The position numbers were made by a program, and so were the translations under genes. 64,000 nucleotides of DNA from Candidatus Aminicenantes bacterium (GTDB lineage Bacteria > Acidobacteriota > Aminicenantia > Aminicenantales > UBA8522): the NCBI GenBank assembly GCA_037444845.1, contig JBBILQ010000004.1:12745-76744 (forward strand), written 5' to 3'. Under the pieces are notes generated by a model. The model ran no database searches and was not told the origin of the DNA. It was given only the letters and a program-made list of their open reading frames with translations. Positions within the stretch are counted from its first letter, which is position 1. Each line of letters begins with the position of its first letter. Of the stretch, positions 46,209-55,674 are shown one piece after another.

Positions 46209-46425
46209 GCGCGTCGATCCCTTTATTGTCGACTAATTCAATCGACTATATCAACTTATCACGTCTGCAACCTGCTGTCAAGCCATTTTATTGCAAAGCC
46301 GCCCTTTCGGGCGACTTGTGGCCGGACAGTGTTTTATAATATCATCCTTGTTCAGAAGTTCCCCGGGCGAGATGAGCCAGGGGATCTTAGGCCAAAACAA
46401 AACCTGTAGAGGAGGAGAAATATTC

Positions 46426-48615
46426 ATGTTTAAACAAAAACGAGCCTTTATAATCCGCTTCATTCTGTTTCTCTTTCTTGCCAACTTGGCTTTGGGCCAG
46501 CCTCACGTTCCGGCGAAAAGAATCACCTTTGAACAGGCCTATTTGAACAAGGAGCCCCGCCTGCTCGTAAGACTCCCGCGCGCGACCTGGCTCGATGACG
46601 AAAATTATCTCCTCCGAGAGACAGACGATAGGGATAAAACCAGGCGCTTATTCAAAGTGTCTGTCCGGACAGGAGAAAAAACTCTCTTCCTGGATGTCAT
46701 CGCGCTCGAAAAACGCCTTCCCAAGGGCATGGTTGCCAGGGAACACGTGGCTGCCACGCCAGATTTTTCGATCCTTGTGTATTCTTATGAGAATGATCTC
46801 TACTGTTATGTTCAACCTGCCGAGAAACTCAAACGGCTGACCGCCACGCCGGCTGAAGAGGAAAAGAATCCCCGTTTCTCCCCCGACGGAAAATACTTAG
46901 CCTACACCCGTTCGAACAACCTTTTTGCCTGTGAGCTCGAAACGGGGCTCGAACACCAGCTCACGTCAGATGGATCTGAGACGATTGCCAACGGCTGGGC
47001 CTCCTGGGTTTACTACGAAGAAATCCTGGGCCGGATTTCTCGGTATGCAGCCTTCTGGTGGTCTCCAGACAGCCGAAAGATCGCCTTCCTGCGCTTCGAC
47101 GACAGCCCGGTCCCGACGTTTCCCATTTTCCACGCTAAAGGCGTTCACGGCGAGCTCGAAATCCAGAGGTATCCCAAGTCAGGCGATCCCAACCCGCGGG
47201 TGAAGTTAGGCGTGGCCAGCCTGCCTGACGGCAACATTGTCTGGGTCGATATCGATGACAGGGCGGACCATTACATCGCCTGGCCGCTCTGGCTTCCCGG
47301 AGGCTCCGGGCTGACTTTCCAGTGGATGAACCGCGGCCAGGACAACATCAAGATCTACGCCATGGACCTCAAGACCGGCGGAAAAGAAGAAATCTTCGAC
47401 GAAAAACAGCCCTCATGGGTCGAGTTTTTCGAGGACCTCTATTTTTTCAAAGACGGGAGCGGTTTTCTCCTCCGGAGCGACGTCGACGGGTGGCGGCATC
47501 TCTACCATTACGACCTCCAGGGGAAGCTTATCCGTCGCCTGACCGAGGGCCCCTGGCAGGTAGAGAGCATCAACCTTGTTGACGAAAAAAACAGGCGGGT
47601 TTATTTCACTGGCCGGAAGGAGAAAACAACGGAAACTCATCTTTTCAAGGTCGGGCTCGACGGCCAGGGCCTCGAGCAGCTCACCCGCGAGCCCGGAACC
47701 CATCGCAGCCAGGTCTCGCCGGGCGGCAGCTATTTCCTGGATTCTTTCTCGAGCGTCGATTCTCCCACGCGGCTGGACCTCTTCCGCAGCGACGGGACCG
47801 AGCTCAAAACTATCGAACTGAGCGAAACGCCGGAAATGAAGGAATACACGCTGGCAAAAAAAGAGCTCTTCACCATCCCCACCGAAGACGGCTTCGAGCT
47901 TCCTGCTTACTGGCTTCTTCCGCCGGGTTTTGACCCGGCCAAAAAATACCCCGTGCTTTTTACGATTTACAGCGGGCCGGGATCGGCCACCGTCTCCAAT
48001 TCCTATCCGCCTTTATCCTCTTTGTTCCTGGCCCAGGAGGGGATCATCGTCATGAGCGTTGACCACCGAGGCTCGGGCCATTTCGGGAAAAAGGGCATGG
48101 CCCTGATGCACCGGAATCTGGGCAAGTGGGAAATGCACGACCTTATCGAAGCGGCCAAATGGATCCGCCAGAAGCCTTTTGTGGACAGCCAAAGGATCGG
48201 CATCACGGGAGGGAGCTACGGCGGCTACACGACCTGCTTGGCCCTGACCTACGGCGCCGACTACTTCACTCACGGGTTCGCGAGCGCTTCAGTCACAGAC
48301 TGGAAGCTCTACGACACGGTCTACACCGAGCGCTACATGGACAGGCCGGAGGAGAATGAAGATGGGTACAGGTTCGGGTCGGTCATGACCCATGCGGGAA
48401 AGCTCAAGGGCGTTCTTTTCCTCGAGCACGGGGCCACTGATGACAACGTCCACATGCAGAACACCATCCAGCTCATCGATGCCCTGATGGACTTAGACAA
48501 AATGTTTGAATTCATGCTGTACCCCGGCCAACGCCACGGGTTCATCGGCAAGAAACGGGAAAACTCAAACCGCCGGTCCGTCAATTTCTGGCTCAAACAC
48601 CTCCTCAATCGTTGA
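46426..48615 (+). CDS. Secreted S9-family serine peptidase (dipeptidyl-peptidase / prolyl oligopeptidase-like)
   Basis: Signal peptide; beta-propeller N-terminal half; catalytic GGSYGGY serine motif; start chosen at MFKQKR with RBS GGAGGAG. Confidence 0.8.
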   Translation: MFKQKRAFIIRFILFLFLANLALGQPHVPAKRITFEQAYLNKEPRLLVRLPRATWLDDENYLLRETDDRDKTRRLFKVSVRTGEKTLFLDVIALEKRLPKGMVAREHVAATPDFSILVYSYENDLYCYVQPAEKLKRLTATPAEEEKNPRFSPDGKYLAYTRSNNLFACELETGLEHQLTSDGSETIANGWASWVYYEEILGRISRYAAFWWSPDSRKIAFLRFDDSPVPTFPIFHAKGVHGELEIQRYPKSGDPNPRVKLGVASLPDGNIVWVDIDDRADHYIAWPLWLPGGSGLTFQWMNRGQDNIKIYAMDLKTGGKEEIFDEKQPSWVEFFEDLYFFKDGSGFLLRSDVDGWRHLYHYDLQGKLIRRLTEGPWQVESINLVDEKNRRVYFTGRKEKTTETHLFKVGLDGQGLEQLTREPGTHRSQVSPGGSYFLDSFSSVDSPTRLDLFRSDGTELKTIELSETPEMKEYTLAKKELFTIPTEDGFELPAYWLLPPGFDPAKKYPVLFTIYSGPGSATVSNSYPPLSSLFLAQEGIIVMSVDHRGSGHFGKKGMALMHRNLGKWEMHDLIEAAKWIRQKPFVDSQRIGITGGSYGGYTTCLALTYGADYFTHGFASASVTDWKLYDTVYTERYMDRPEENEDGYRFGSVMTHAGKLKGVLFLEHGATDDNVHMQNTIQLIDALMDLDKMFEFMLYPGQRHGFIGKKRENSNRRSVNFWLKHLLNR

Positions 48616-48616
48616 G

Positions 48617-49534
48617 ATGGAAGGAACAGAGGCTCAATTCATCGACGTCGCCGCCTGTCCGGCCTGCGCCGGGCGGAGCTTTCATCCCCACAAAAAGGGA
48701 ACGTACGCGGGCCGGCTGACCCGGGACGAGATCAAGATCACGGACAGTCAGTACGGCAGAGTATGGGACCTCAGCCTGTGTCTGGACTGCGGCCATATCT
48801 TTGCCAACCCGTGTCCTTCTCCGGACTTTATCTTCTCTCTTTACGGCGAGGTCTGTGACCCAGAGTACGAAGAAGAGGCGGCCGGACGCTCCAGAAATTT
48901 TCTCAGGATTCTCGACGCTCTCGAAAGGATTGTCCCGGAGCGGGGCGCTCTTTTCGATGTCGGCGCGGCCACGGGCATCCTGCTCGACATCGCCCGCAGC
49001 CGCGGCTGGCAGCCGGACGGCATAGAGCCAAGCTCCTGGGCCGTCAGAATCGCAGCGGAGAAATATGGCTTGGCCTTGCAGCACGGCCCCTTTGAAACGG
49101 CCCGCCTCAAGGAGAACGCTTACGCGGCCGTGCTGATGGTTGATTTCATCGAGCACACGCCTTTGCCCCGCGAGGCGATCGTCCGGGCGCAGCGAATTTT
49201 GCGGCCAGCCGGAATCTTAGTTTTGGTGACGCCGGACATCCGCAGCCCGGCCGCAAAAATCGCTGGCCGGAGGTGGTGGCATCTCCGCCCGGCTCACCTT
49301 GCTTTTTTCTCCCGCGCCTCTCTCCAGGCCCTGCTCAGCCGGGCCAGCTTCACGATCATCGAGGAGAGGCGGTATGCCTGGACCTTTAGCGCCCACTACC
49401 TGCTTTCCAGGAGAAGCCTGACGCGTGTTCTGCTCAAAAATTCAGCTATGGCTTCTTTTTTCAAACGAATTCCGATAAAATTGGCCCTCGGCGACTCGTT
49501 TGAAATATATGCCCGAAAGGACAGAAACGCATGA
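48617..49534 (+). CDS. Class I SAM-dependent methyltransferase
   Basis: LFDVGAATGILL (motif I) and LRPAGILVL; N-terminal Cys4 zinc-ribbon-like CPACAG...CLDCGH. Confidence 0.65.
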   Translation: MEGTEAQFIDVAACPACAGRSFHPHKKGTYAGRLTRDEIKITDSQYGRVWDLSLCLDCGHIFANPCPSPDFIFSLYGEVCDPEYEEEAAGRSRNFLRILDALERIVPERGALFDVGAATGILLDIARSRGWQPDGIEPSSWAVRIAAEKYGLALQHGPFETARLKENAYAAVLMVDFIEHTPLPREAIVRAQRILRPAGILVLVTPDIRSPAAKIAGRRWWHLRPAHLAFFSRASLQALLSRASFTIIEERRYAWTFSAHYLLSRRSLTRVLLKNSAMASFFKRIPIKLALGDSFEIYARKDRNA

Positions 49535-50424
49535 AGGCTTACGTGCGGGCTCTGCGTCTCGAACGATGGCCGCGCAGCACTGCCATCCTTTTGGGGGGCG
49601 CCGGCTTCTTTTTCCTCCACCATGACATCCTTGAGCCCTTCAGCCTGCCGACGATTCTCTCTCGCCTTCTTTTTTCTTTTCTCCTGACCTGGGGCATATC
49701 CACGGCCAACTACGTGATCAACGAAATCGTCGATGTCCCCTACGACGCTCACCATCCAATCAAGCGACATCGGCCCCTGGTCAAGGGTGAAATCAGCAAA
49801 ACGTTCTTCATCCTGGTCGGCGTCGCGCTTTCCTTGACTTGCCTCAGCCTGGCAGCAGCAGCTTTTTCCCGGCCCTTTTTCCTGGCGCTCCTGTCCCTTC
49901 TTGCGGCCGGGTTTGTATACAACATCAAGCCCATCAGGACGAAAGACATCCCGTTTCTCGACGCGGTCTCCGAATCAGCCAACAACCCCATCCGTTTCCT
50001 CATCGGCTGGTATGCGTTCTCTCCTTCCCAGCTTTTCCCCCCCCTGAGCTTGCTCATCTCGTGGTGGTCGTTCGGGGCTTTCCTGATGGAGGCCAAAAGG
50101 TTGTCAGAATTCAGGCTGCTCAAAGAAAACGCCGCCAACTACAGGGCTTCTCACAAGAAATACACCCGGACGTCTCTCCTCGCCGGCATGGCAGCGAGCG
50201 CCGTCCTCTTCATGGCAAGCTACGCGCATTTCGCCCTCAGCCAGGGGCTTCCTCTCCTCCTCTATGCCTCGCCCCTCCTCCTTCTCTATCTCTCCCTCTT
50301 TTTCCATAAAACTCTTCGCGAAAAGGAAATCATGGAAGAACCGGAAACTCTGCTCCTCCACCCGCTGATTGCGCTCTTCACTTTAGTGCTCCTCCTCCTC
50401 TTTGCCCTGGCCTTCTTTTTGTGA
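49531..50424 (+). CDS. UbiA-family prenyltransferase (membrane)
   Basis: NYVINEIVDVPYDAHH (NxxxDxxxD) motif; multiple TM helices; start overlaps the upstream stop. Confidence 0.7.
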   Translation: MKAYVRALRLERWPRSTAILLGGAGFFFLHHDILEPFSLPTILSRLLFSFLLTWGISTANYVINEIVDVPYDAHHPIKRHRPLVKGEISKTFFILVGVALSLTCLSLAAAAFSRPFFLALLSLLAAGFVYNIKPIRTKDIPFLDAVSESANNPIRFLIGWYAFSPSQLFPPLSLLISWWSFGAFLMEAKRLSEFRLLKENAANYRASHKKYTRTSLLAGMAASAVLFMASYAHFALSQGLPLLLYASPLLLLYLSLFFHKTLREKEIMEEPETLLLHPLIALFTLVLLLLFALAFFL

Positions 50425-50447
50425 TACAGTAGCAACATGTTTGGGGT

Positions 50448-51104
50448 TTGACAGGCATGAATATCTTGGAAACGTTGCTCAAACTTCTCCTGGCCATCGC
50501 TCTCGGCGGGATTATCGGCCTGGAAAGAGAGACCAGCCAGAAGCCTGCCGGGTTGAGGACTCATATCCTCATCTGCCTGAGCGCAACCATGATGATGGCC
50601 TTTTCCCAGTTCATGCTGGCAGGCAAAGGAGCGGCAACGAGCGACATGCTGCGCGTCGCGGCTGCCGTCATCATGGGCATGGGGTTTATCGGCGCCGGCA
50701 CGATCATGCAGGCCCAGGGAAGCGTCCACGGGCTGACAACGGCTGCAACCCTTTGGGCTGTGACCGGGCTGGGGCTGGTCGTCGGAGCAGGCTACTATGC
50801 CGTCGCCGTGGTGTTCTCGGTGCTGGTCCTGGCGACTCTCGTCCTCTTCCGCCGAGTCGAAGAAACCCACCTCAAGAAAGCCCTTTATCGGTATCACCTC
50901 AAGATTAAAGACAGCCCTGATTTCCTGATCAACCTGAGAAAACTGGTCTTCCATTTAGGGCTCAAGATGGCGGAGTTGAACCTGAAAAAGGAAAGGAACA
51001 TCTTGGCCATCGCCCTCTCCTTCGCTGCGTCTGAAGAAAAGGAGAGGGAATTCCACCAGAGCCTCTACGACCTGGCCGATATCCTCGAAATCAAAATTGA
51101 CTAA
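50448..51104 (+). CDS. mgtC: MgtC/SapB-family membrane protein
   Basis: LLLAIALGGIIGLERE N-terminal signature. Confidence 0.8.
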   Translation: MTGMNILETLLKLLLAIALGGIIGLERETSQKPAGLRTHILICLSATMMMAFSQFMLAGKGAATSDMLRVAAAVIMGMGFIGAGTIMQAQGSVHGLTTAATLWAVTGLGLVVGAGYYAVAVVFSVLVLATLVLFRRVEETHLKKALYRYHLKIKDSPDFLINLRKLVFHLGLKMAELNLKKERNILAIALSFAASEEKEREFHQSLYDLADILEIKID

Positions 51105-51735
51105 AAAGAAGCTCGTTCTGGCCACCTCAAACCGGGGCAAATTCAGAGAAATAAAAGAGTATCTGGCCGACCTTCCCGTCCATATCGTTTCCCTCGATGA
51201 CCTGAGCTCAAGCGAGGAGGTCGAAGAAAAAGGAAAGACTTTTTTTGAGAATGCCCGCCTGAAAAGCCTGACCTGGAGCCGGAAAGCGGACGGCCTCGTC
51301 CTGGCTGAAGACTCGGGCCTTGAGGTTGAGCACTTGGGCGGAAAGCCCGGCATCTTTTCAGCGCGCTTCTCTGCGCCCCGGCCAACCGACGAAAAGAACA
51401 TCCGGAAGGTGCTCCAGCTGATGGCCGGTGTGCCCTGGAACCAGCGCCAGGCCCGGTTTGTCTCTTGCCTGGTCCTGGCTCAAAAAGGAAAGGTCCTAAA
51501 GGAAGCGAGGGGCGAGGTCAGAGGCTTTGTTGCTTTCAAGAAAAAGGGCAACCGGGGATTCGGCTACGACCCGATTTTTTACTACCCTCGCTGGCGGAAG
51601 AACTTCGGCGAGCTCGACCCCCGGGAGAAAAACAAAGTCAGCCACCGCGGCCGCGCTCTCCGGAAAATGAAAGCTTTTCTCGCCGCCTTTCTGAGCGTGC
51701 AAAAAAAGCGAGAAGGACGGGAAGAAGGGGGCTGA
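51097..51735 (+). CDS. rdgB: Non-canonical purine NTP pyrophosphatase RdgB/HAM1
   Basis: LVLATSNRGKFREI, EDSGLEV, FGYDPIF, SHRG motifs. Confidence 0.85.
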   Translation: MTKKKLVLATSNRGKFREIKEYLADLPVHIVSLDDLSSSEEVEEKGKTFFENARLKSLTWSRKADGLVLAEDSGLEVEHLGGKPGIFSARFSAPRPTDEKNIRKVLQLMAGVPWNQRQARFVSCLVLAQKGKVLKEARGEVRGFVAFKKKGNRGFGYDPIFYYPRWRKNFGELDPREKNKVSHRGRALRKMKAFLAAFLSVQKKREGREEGG

Positions 51736-51751
51736 GCCCCCTTCTTATTTG
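51721..51751. terminator. Bidirectional hairpin terminator between convergent rdgB and comEA
   Basis: gaagaagggggc-tga-gcccccttctta then tttg; the rdgB stop codon forms the loop. Confidence 0.55.
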
Positions 51752-52056
51752 CCCGTGCTTTCAGCGCCGACAGTGATCAGGTCTTTCAGCTGATTATACG
51801 TTTTTTCGCCGATCCCCCTGACCTTCATGATCTCTTCGATTTTCCTGAAATTCCCGTGCTCCTTCCTGTAGTCGATGATCCTCTGGGCGACCTGCGGCCC
51901 GACCCGGGGCAGCTTCTGGAGTTCACTTAGTGAGGCGGTGTTGATGTTGATTTTCTGTTCACCGCCTTTGGACCCAGCCTGCTGGGCGATGAGAGGAAGG
52001 AACGACAGGCCCACGGCCAGGGCAATGACCAGGGCTACGACCTTTGAGCTTTTCAT
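51745..52056 (-). CDS. comEA: ComEA-like helix-hairpin-helix DNA-binding protein
   Basis: Signal peptide; KININTASLSELQKLPRVGPQVAQRIIDYR...IGEKT HhH motifs. Confidence 0.8.
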   Translation of the reverse strand: MKSSKVVALVIALAVGLSFLPLIAQQAGSKGGEQKININTASLSELQKLPRVGPQVAQRIIDYRKEHGNFRKIEEIMKVRGIGEKTYNQLKDLITVGAESTGK

Positions 52057-52252
52057 GATAACCTCCTTTCGTCTTCCCCTTATGCAAACCGGAGGCCAAA
52101 GCCTGGATGTTGTATAGTTACTTTATTTTCAATGAGATAGAATTTTGTCCGGCTGGCTGATGTCAATGTCCGTTGACTTTTTCTGCCGCCGCGATCAACC
52201 GGCGTTGACGCAGGAGTGCGGGAAGAATCTCCAAATATGTGATTTCTATTAT

Positions 52253-52376
52253 GGGTGCAAGGGGCTGCTCTGAAGCCCCCGTAGCGGAGGGGGGACCCAT
52301 CGGATTCTCCGATGGGGGGAACCGACGGGACTGGTTCCCCCGGGGCGCGGGGGCCAAGGGCAGCCTCTTGCGCCCA
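52253..52376 (+). ncRNA. Repeat B copy 2 (structured element, candidate small RNA) preceded by TATTAT
   Basis: About 90% identical to 30745..30866, with compensatory substitutions in two stems. Confidence 0.5.
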
Positions 52377-52412
52377 ATTGAATCACATAACGGAGATATC
52401 TACAGGAGTGTT

Positions 52413-53543
52413 TCATTCGACCGGGGGAAGCGTCAGCCCTTCTGGCTCGAAAATGACCCGTCGCTCCCCTTCCTCCACATGGCCAAGGTCAAGGAGTTCG
52501 TACCCGGCTTTTTTGCCCGCTTCAATTGTTTTATCCACTTCTTTTTCAGGCGCGAAGATATAGAATCCCACCCCCCAGTTGAACGTGGTCAGGCAGTCTT
52601 TCAGGCTGACGCCAATTTCTCGCATGAACAGGAAGAGGGGCGGTATCTCCTCCACCCATTTTCGGATTCTGTACGTGAATGGCCTCTTGTCATAGGCAAT
52701 CTTGGAAATCCCTCCGCCCGTGCCTCCCAGCAGAGAGTGCACCTCCACGCCGTTTTCCAGGAGCGCCTCAACCAGCCTCACATAAGAGCGGGTTGGGATA
52801 AGCGCCTCATCTCCCAGCGTGTTTCCGTTCGGCAGCTGATGGAGAAATTTGTCCTTAAGCGTCAGGGCTCGCTTGATCACTAAGGAAATCCCGTTAGAAT
52901 GGAGCCCGGACGACGTCGCTCCGATGACGTGATCGCCCGCACCGAGCTTTTCTCCTGTGACCATTCTTTCGGCAGGCGCGATGATTCCCGTCACGCACCC
53001 CGACAGGGAAGGAGCGCTCTTCACGGGCGGCTCAGGTTTGATCAAATAGCGGAGGGCCGGAGATTCGCCGGCGGGAAGGGCCATGCCGCACATCTCGCAG
53101 GCCTTAAAAAAACTCTCCGCCAAGTCATGGCTTCTCTTTTCATCCATGAACCACTCGCTGTCTCCGGCAGCCACCTCATCCGTGTAGATGACAGGAAGAG
53201 CGCCCTGACAAATCACGTCGTTGGCGGCCATCAAAGCTGTATCAATGCCAATGCCCTCGTAATACGTCCTTCCTGTCCCCGCATGGTGATACATCCATTC
53301 CGCGATCCAGTTCTTGTTGCCCAGGCCTTCCTGAGTCTTGCACCAGAGGTGAGACCCAGCCCCGCGATAGCGGAAAACAACGCCGTGCAGCCCCAGGCTT
53401 TCAGCCTCGATGTAGACATCTCTCTTGTTCGGAAATTCGAGCGTCCGCTTTCCGGCCTCAACCATGGCCATCTTGAAGGGCTCGATCTTTGCGTAGTCAA
53501 CCCCGGCCTTGGCGTACTCAGATTTCGGCTTTTCCTTGGACAT
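52413..53543 (-). CDS. purM: AIR synthase (PurM)-like protein
   Basis: Start chosen at MSKEKPKSEYAKAGVDY (PurM-like N-terminus); AIRS N- and C-terminal domain character. Confidence 0.55.
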   Translation of the reverse strand: MSKEKPKSEYAKAGVDYAKIEPFKMAMVEAGKRTLEFPNKRDVYIEAESLGLHGVVFRYRGAGSHLWCKTQEGLGNKNWIAEWMYHHAGTGRTYYEGIGIDTALMAANDVICQGALPVIYTDEVAAGDSEWFMDEKRSHDLAESFFKACEMCGMALPAGESPALRYLIKPEPPVKSAPSLSGCVTGIIAPAERMVTGEKLGAGDHVIGATSSGLHSNGISLVIKRALTLKDKFLHQLPNGNTLGDEALIPTRSYVRLVEALLENGVEVHSLLGGTGGGISKIAYDKRPFTYRIRKWVEEIPPLFLFMREIGVSLKDCLTTFNWGVGFYIFAPEKEVDKTIEAGKKAGYELLDLGHVEEGERRVIFEPEGLTLPPVE

Positions 53544-53544
53544 A

Positions 53545-54648
53545 TCAGGCCTTTTTCTCGAGCTCTCCCATGTCTGTCTCTGAAGGCCGGTTGGGAATGA
53601 CCGCGATTGTTCTGCCTTTGTACTCGAACACCTGTTTGTCATCATCTGTAATTTCGGCGATCATTTCCGCTTTGACCCCTTTGGAACGGATGACGGACAA
53701 GACGTCATCAACGTCTTTCCCTTCCACCTGGACCGCCATTCTGCCCTGAGTTTCACAGATCATGATTTCTTCCGGCGTGATCTCGTCAACCTTAACCGGG
53801 ACCTTGGATAAGTTGACAGATGCTCCAAAACCTCCGTACCTGGCTGATTCGCAAACCGCCGCGCCGATGCCGGCTGCGCCAAGGTCAGAGCACGCCTTTA
53901 TCTTTCCCGTGCGAAACGCGGCCAGGGTTGCCTCCATGACCTGCCTTTCTTCCTCAAAAAGAGCGACGGCAGGCCTCATTTCCTTGACCAGGCCTGCCCT
54001 GTAGAGAGTGTCGTTGCCGTCGTTTCCGGTCTGGCCGATGAGGATGACTTTATCTCCGGCCGACTTGGCGGGCTTCGTGAGCGGCCTGGCCGTGACCAAC
54101 TTTCCGATCACTGAAACAACGACGGCCGGAACGATGTCGGAGAATGAGGTGGAAAAACCGCCCCCGATGATAAACACATCCATGGCGTGGCACATGTCCC
54201 TCAGGCCTTTGACCATCAAATTCACTCTTTCCTGGCTCGTCATTTCGACGCACTTTCCGCAGGTGCACCTTCCCTCAAACCCACAGACGCCGACGATGAC
54301 CTTTTCATGCAAAGGCCGGGTCCCGATAAAATTCATGAGAAAAATTGGCCTTGCTCCCATGGCCAGAACATCGCGCATAGCCCCGCCTGCCCCTGTTGCA
54401 GCAGCGTCGTACGGCCTCGGAACACAGGGAGAACAATGGCTTTCCATTTTGGCAACGAATAATGCGTCCGTCTCAGGAAATTTGATGACAGCCGCATCAT
54501 CTCCCGGGCCGACGATCAGAGCGCCAGGAAACATCTTGCTGACCTGGTCATTTAGGGCCTCAATAGCCCTAAAATCAATCGCCTTATCGATGTTGTGATG
54601 AAGATGGACAAACAGAGCATGCATTAAAGCTTTTTCGATGGTGTTCAT
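53545..54648 (-). CDS. AIR synthase-related (PurM/PurL/HypE superfamily) protein
   Basis: GDDAAVI and GGAMRDVLAMGARP motifs of AIRS-domain proteins; no HypE C-terminal PRIC motif. Confidence 0.55.
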   Translation of the reverse strand: MNTIEKALMHALFVHLHHNIDKAIDFRAIEALNDQVSKMFPGALIVGPGDDAAVIKFPETDALFVAKMESHCSPCVPRPYDAAATGAGGAMRDVLAMGARPIFLMNFIGTRPLHEKVIVGVCGFEGRCTCGKCVEMTSQERVNLMVKGLRDMCHAMDVFIIGGGFSTSFSDIVPAVVVSVIGKLVTARPLTKPAKSAGDKVILIGQTGNDGNDTLYRAGLVKEMRPAVALFEEERQVMEATLAAFRTGKIKACSDLGAAGIGAAVCESARYGGFGASVNLSKVPVKVDEITPEEIMICETQGRMAVQVEGKDVDDVLSVIRSKGVKAEMIAEITDDDKQVFEYKGRTIAVIPNRPSETDMGELEKKA

Positions 54649-54789
54649 CCTCCAGCCTCCTCAAAATTGAATGATAATTCTCGCCCGACTGTAAGATAGA
54701 CAAGTTTTAAGAAATTAGCAAATTTTTTTGTTCATCTTCATTATTGACATGAATTTTCGCTTACAAACCATTGATACAAGACAGGATGA

Positions 54790-55674
54790 TCAGGACCGCG
54801 GGTGGCTCTTGCGGTAGACGTCCATCAGCCGGCCGAGGTTGAGGTGGGTGTATTTCTGGGTCGTGGCCAGGCTTTCATGGCCGAGGAGCTCCTGGATGAC
54901 CCGGAGGTCTGCTCCGCGGCTCAAAAGATGGGAGGCAAAAGAGTGCCGGAGGGAATGGGGGCTGATCTTCCTCCGCACGGCCGCGAGCCGGATGTACTTG
55001 TCAACGATTCTCTCCACCGACCGGGCCGTCAGCCGCCTCCCCTGGTAGTTGAGAAAGAGCGCTTTTTCTCCGACCTCGGATTTGAGGAGCGTTAGCCTAA
55101 CCCCCACGTATCCTGTCATCCTCTCTCCGGCGATCCGGCCGAACGGCACAAGGCGCTCCTTCTTGCCCTTCCCCCGGATGCGGATCAGCCGTTCCTTAAA
55201 ATTCACGTCATCTTGATTGATTCCAACGAGCTCGCTGACCCGGATGCCCGTGGCGTAGAGGAGCTCAAGGATGGCCCTGTCCCGAAGATCGAGGGGCCGG
55301 CCGGAGCCGGGCGTCTCCAGAAAGCCGGCCACTTCTTCTTCGGATAGAAAAGAGGGGACGCGTTTATCCTGCTTGGGCGTGGCCACGATTCTGGCCGGGT
55401 TCTCGGCCAGCCAGCCCTTCCTCACGCAGAATTGAAAAAAAGACCGGACTGCGGCCAGCTTGCGCGCCAGCGAGGATTTCTTGAGTTTTCTCTCGTGGAG
55501 CTCGGCCATGAACCCCCGGACATGGACATTGTCCACCCGGCTCAGGGTGAGCTCTCTGGATTCAAGATAAGCCGCCAATTGCCCCAGGTCACGCCTGTAG
55601 CTTGAAATCGTATGGCCCGAGGCGTTCCGCTCATGGCGGAGATAGTCAAGGAACTGGCTAAGTTCTCGCTTCAT
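54790..55674 (-). CDS. xerC: Tyrosine site-specific recombinase XerC/XerD
   Basis: R...HSLRHSFASHLL...LGH...Y catalytic motifs; conserved dprA-topA-xerC neighbourhood. Confidence 0.85.
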   Translation of the reverse strand: MKRELSQFLDYLRHERNASGHTISSYRRDLGQLAAYLESRELTLSRVDNVHVRGFMAELHERKLKKSSLARKLAAVRSFFQFCVRKGWLAENPARIVATPKQDKRVPSFLSEEEVAGFLETPGSGRPLDLRDRAILELLYATGIRVSELVGINQDDVNFKERLIRIRGKGKKERLVPFGRIAGERMTGYVGVRLTLLKSEVGEKALFLNYQGRRLTARSVERIVDKYIRLAAVRRKISPHSLRHSFASHLLSRGADLRVIQELLGHESLATTQKYTHLNLGRLMDVYRKSHPRS

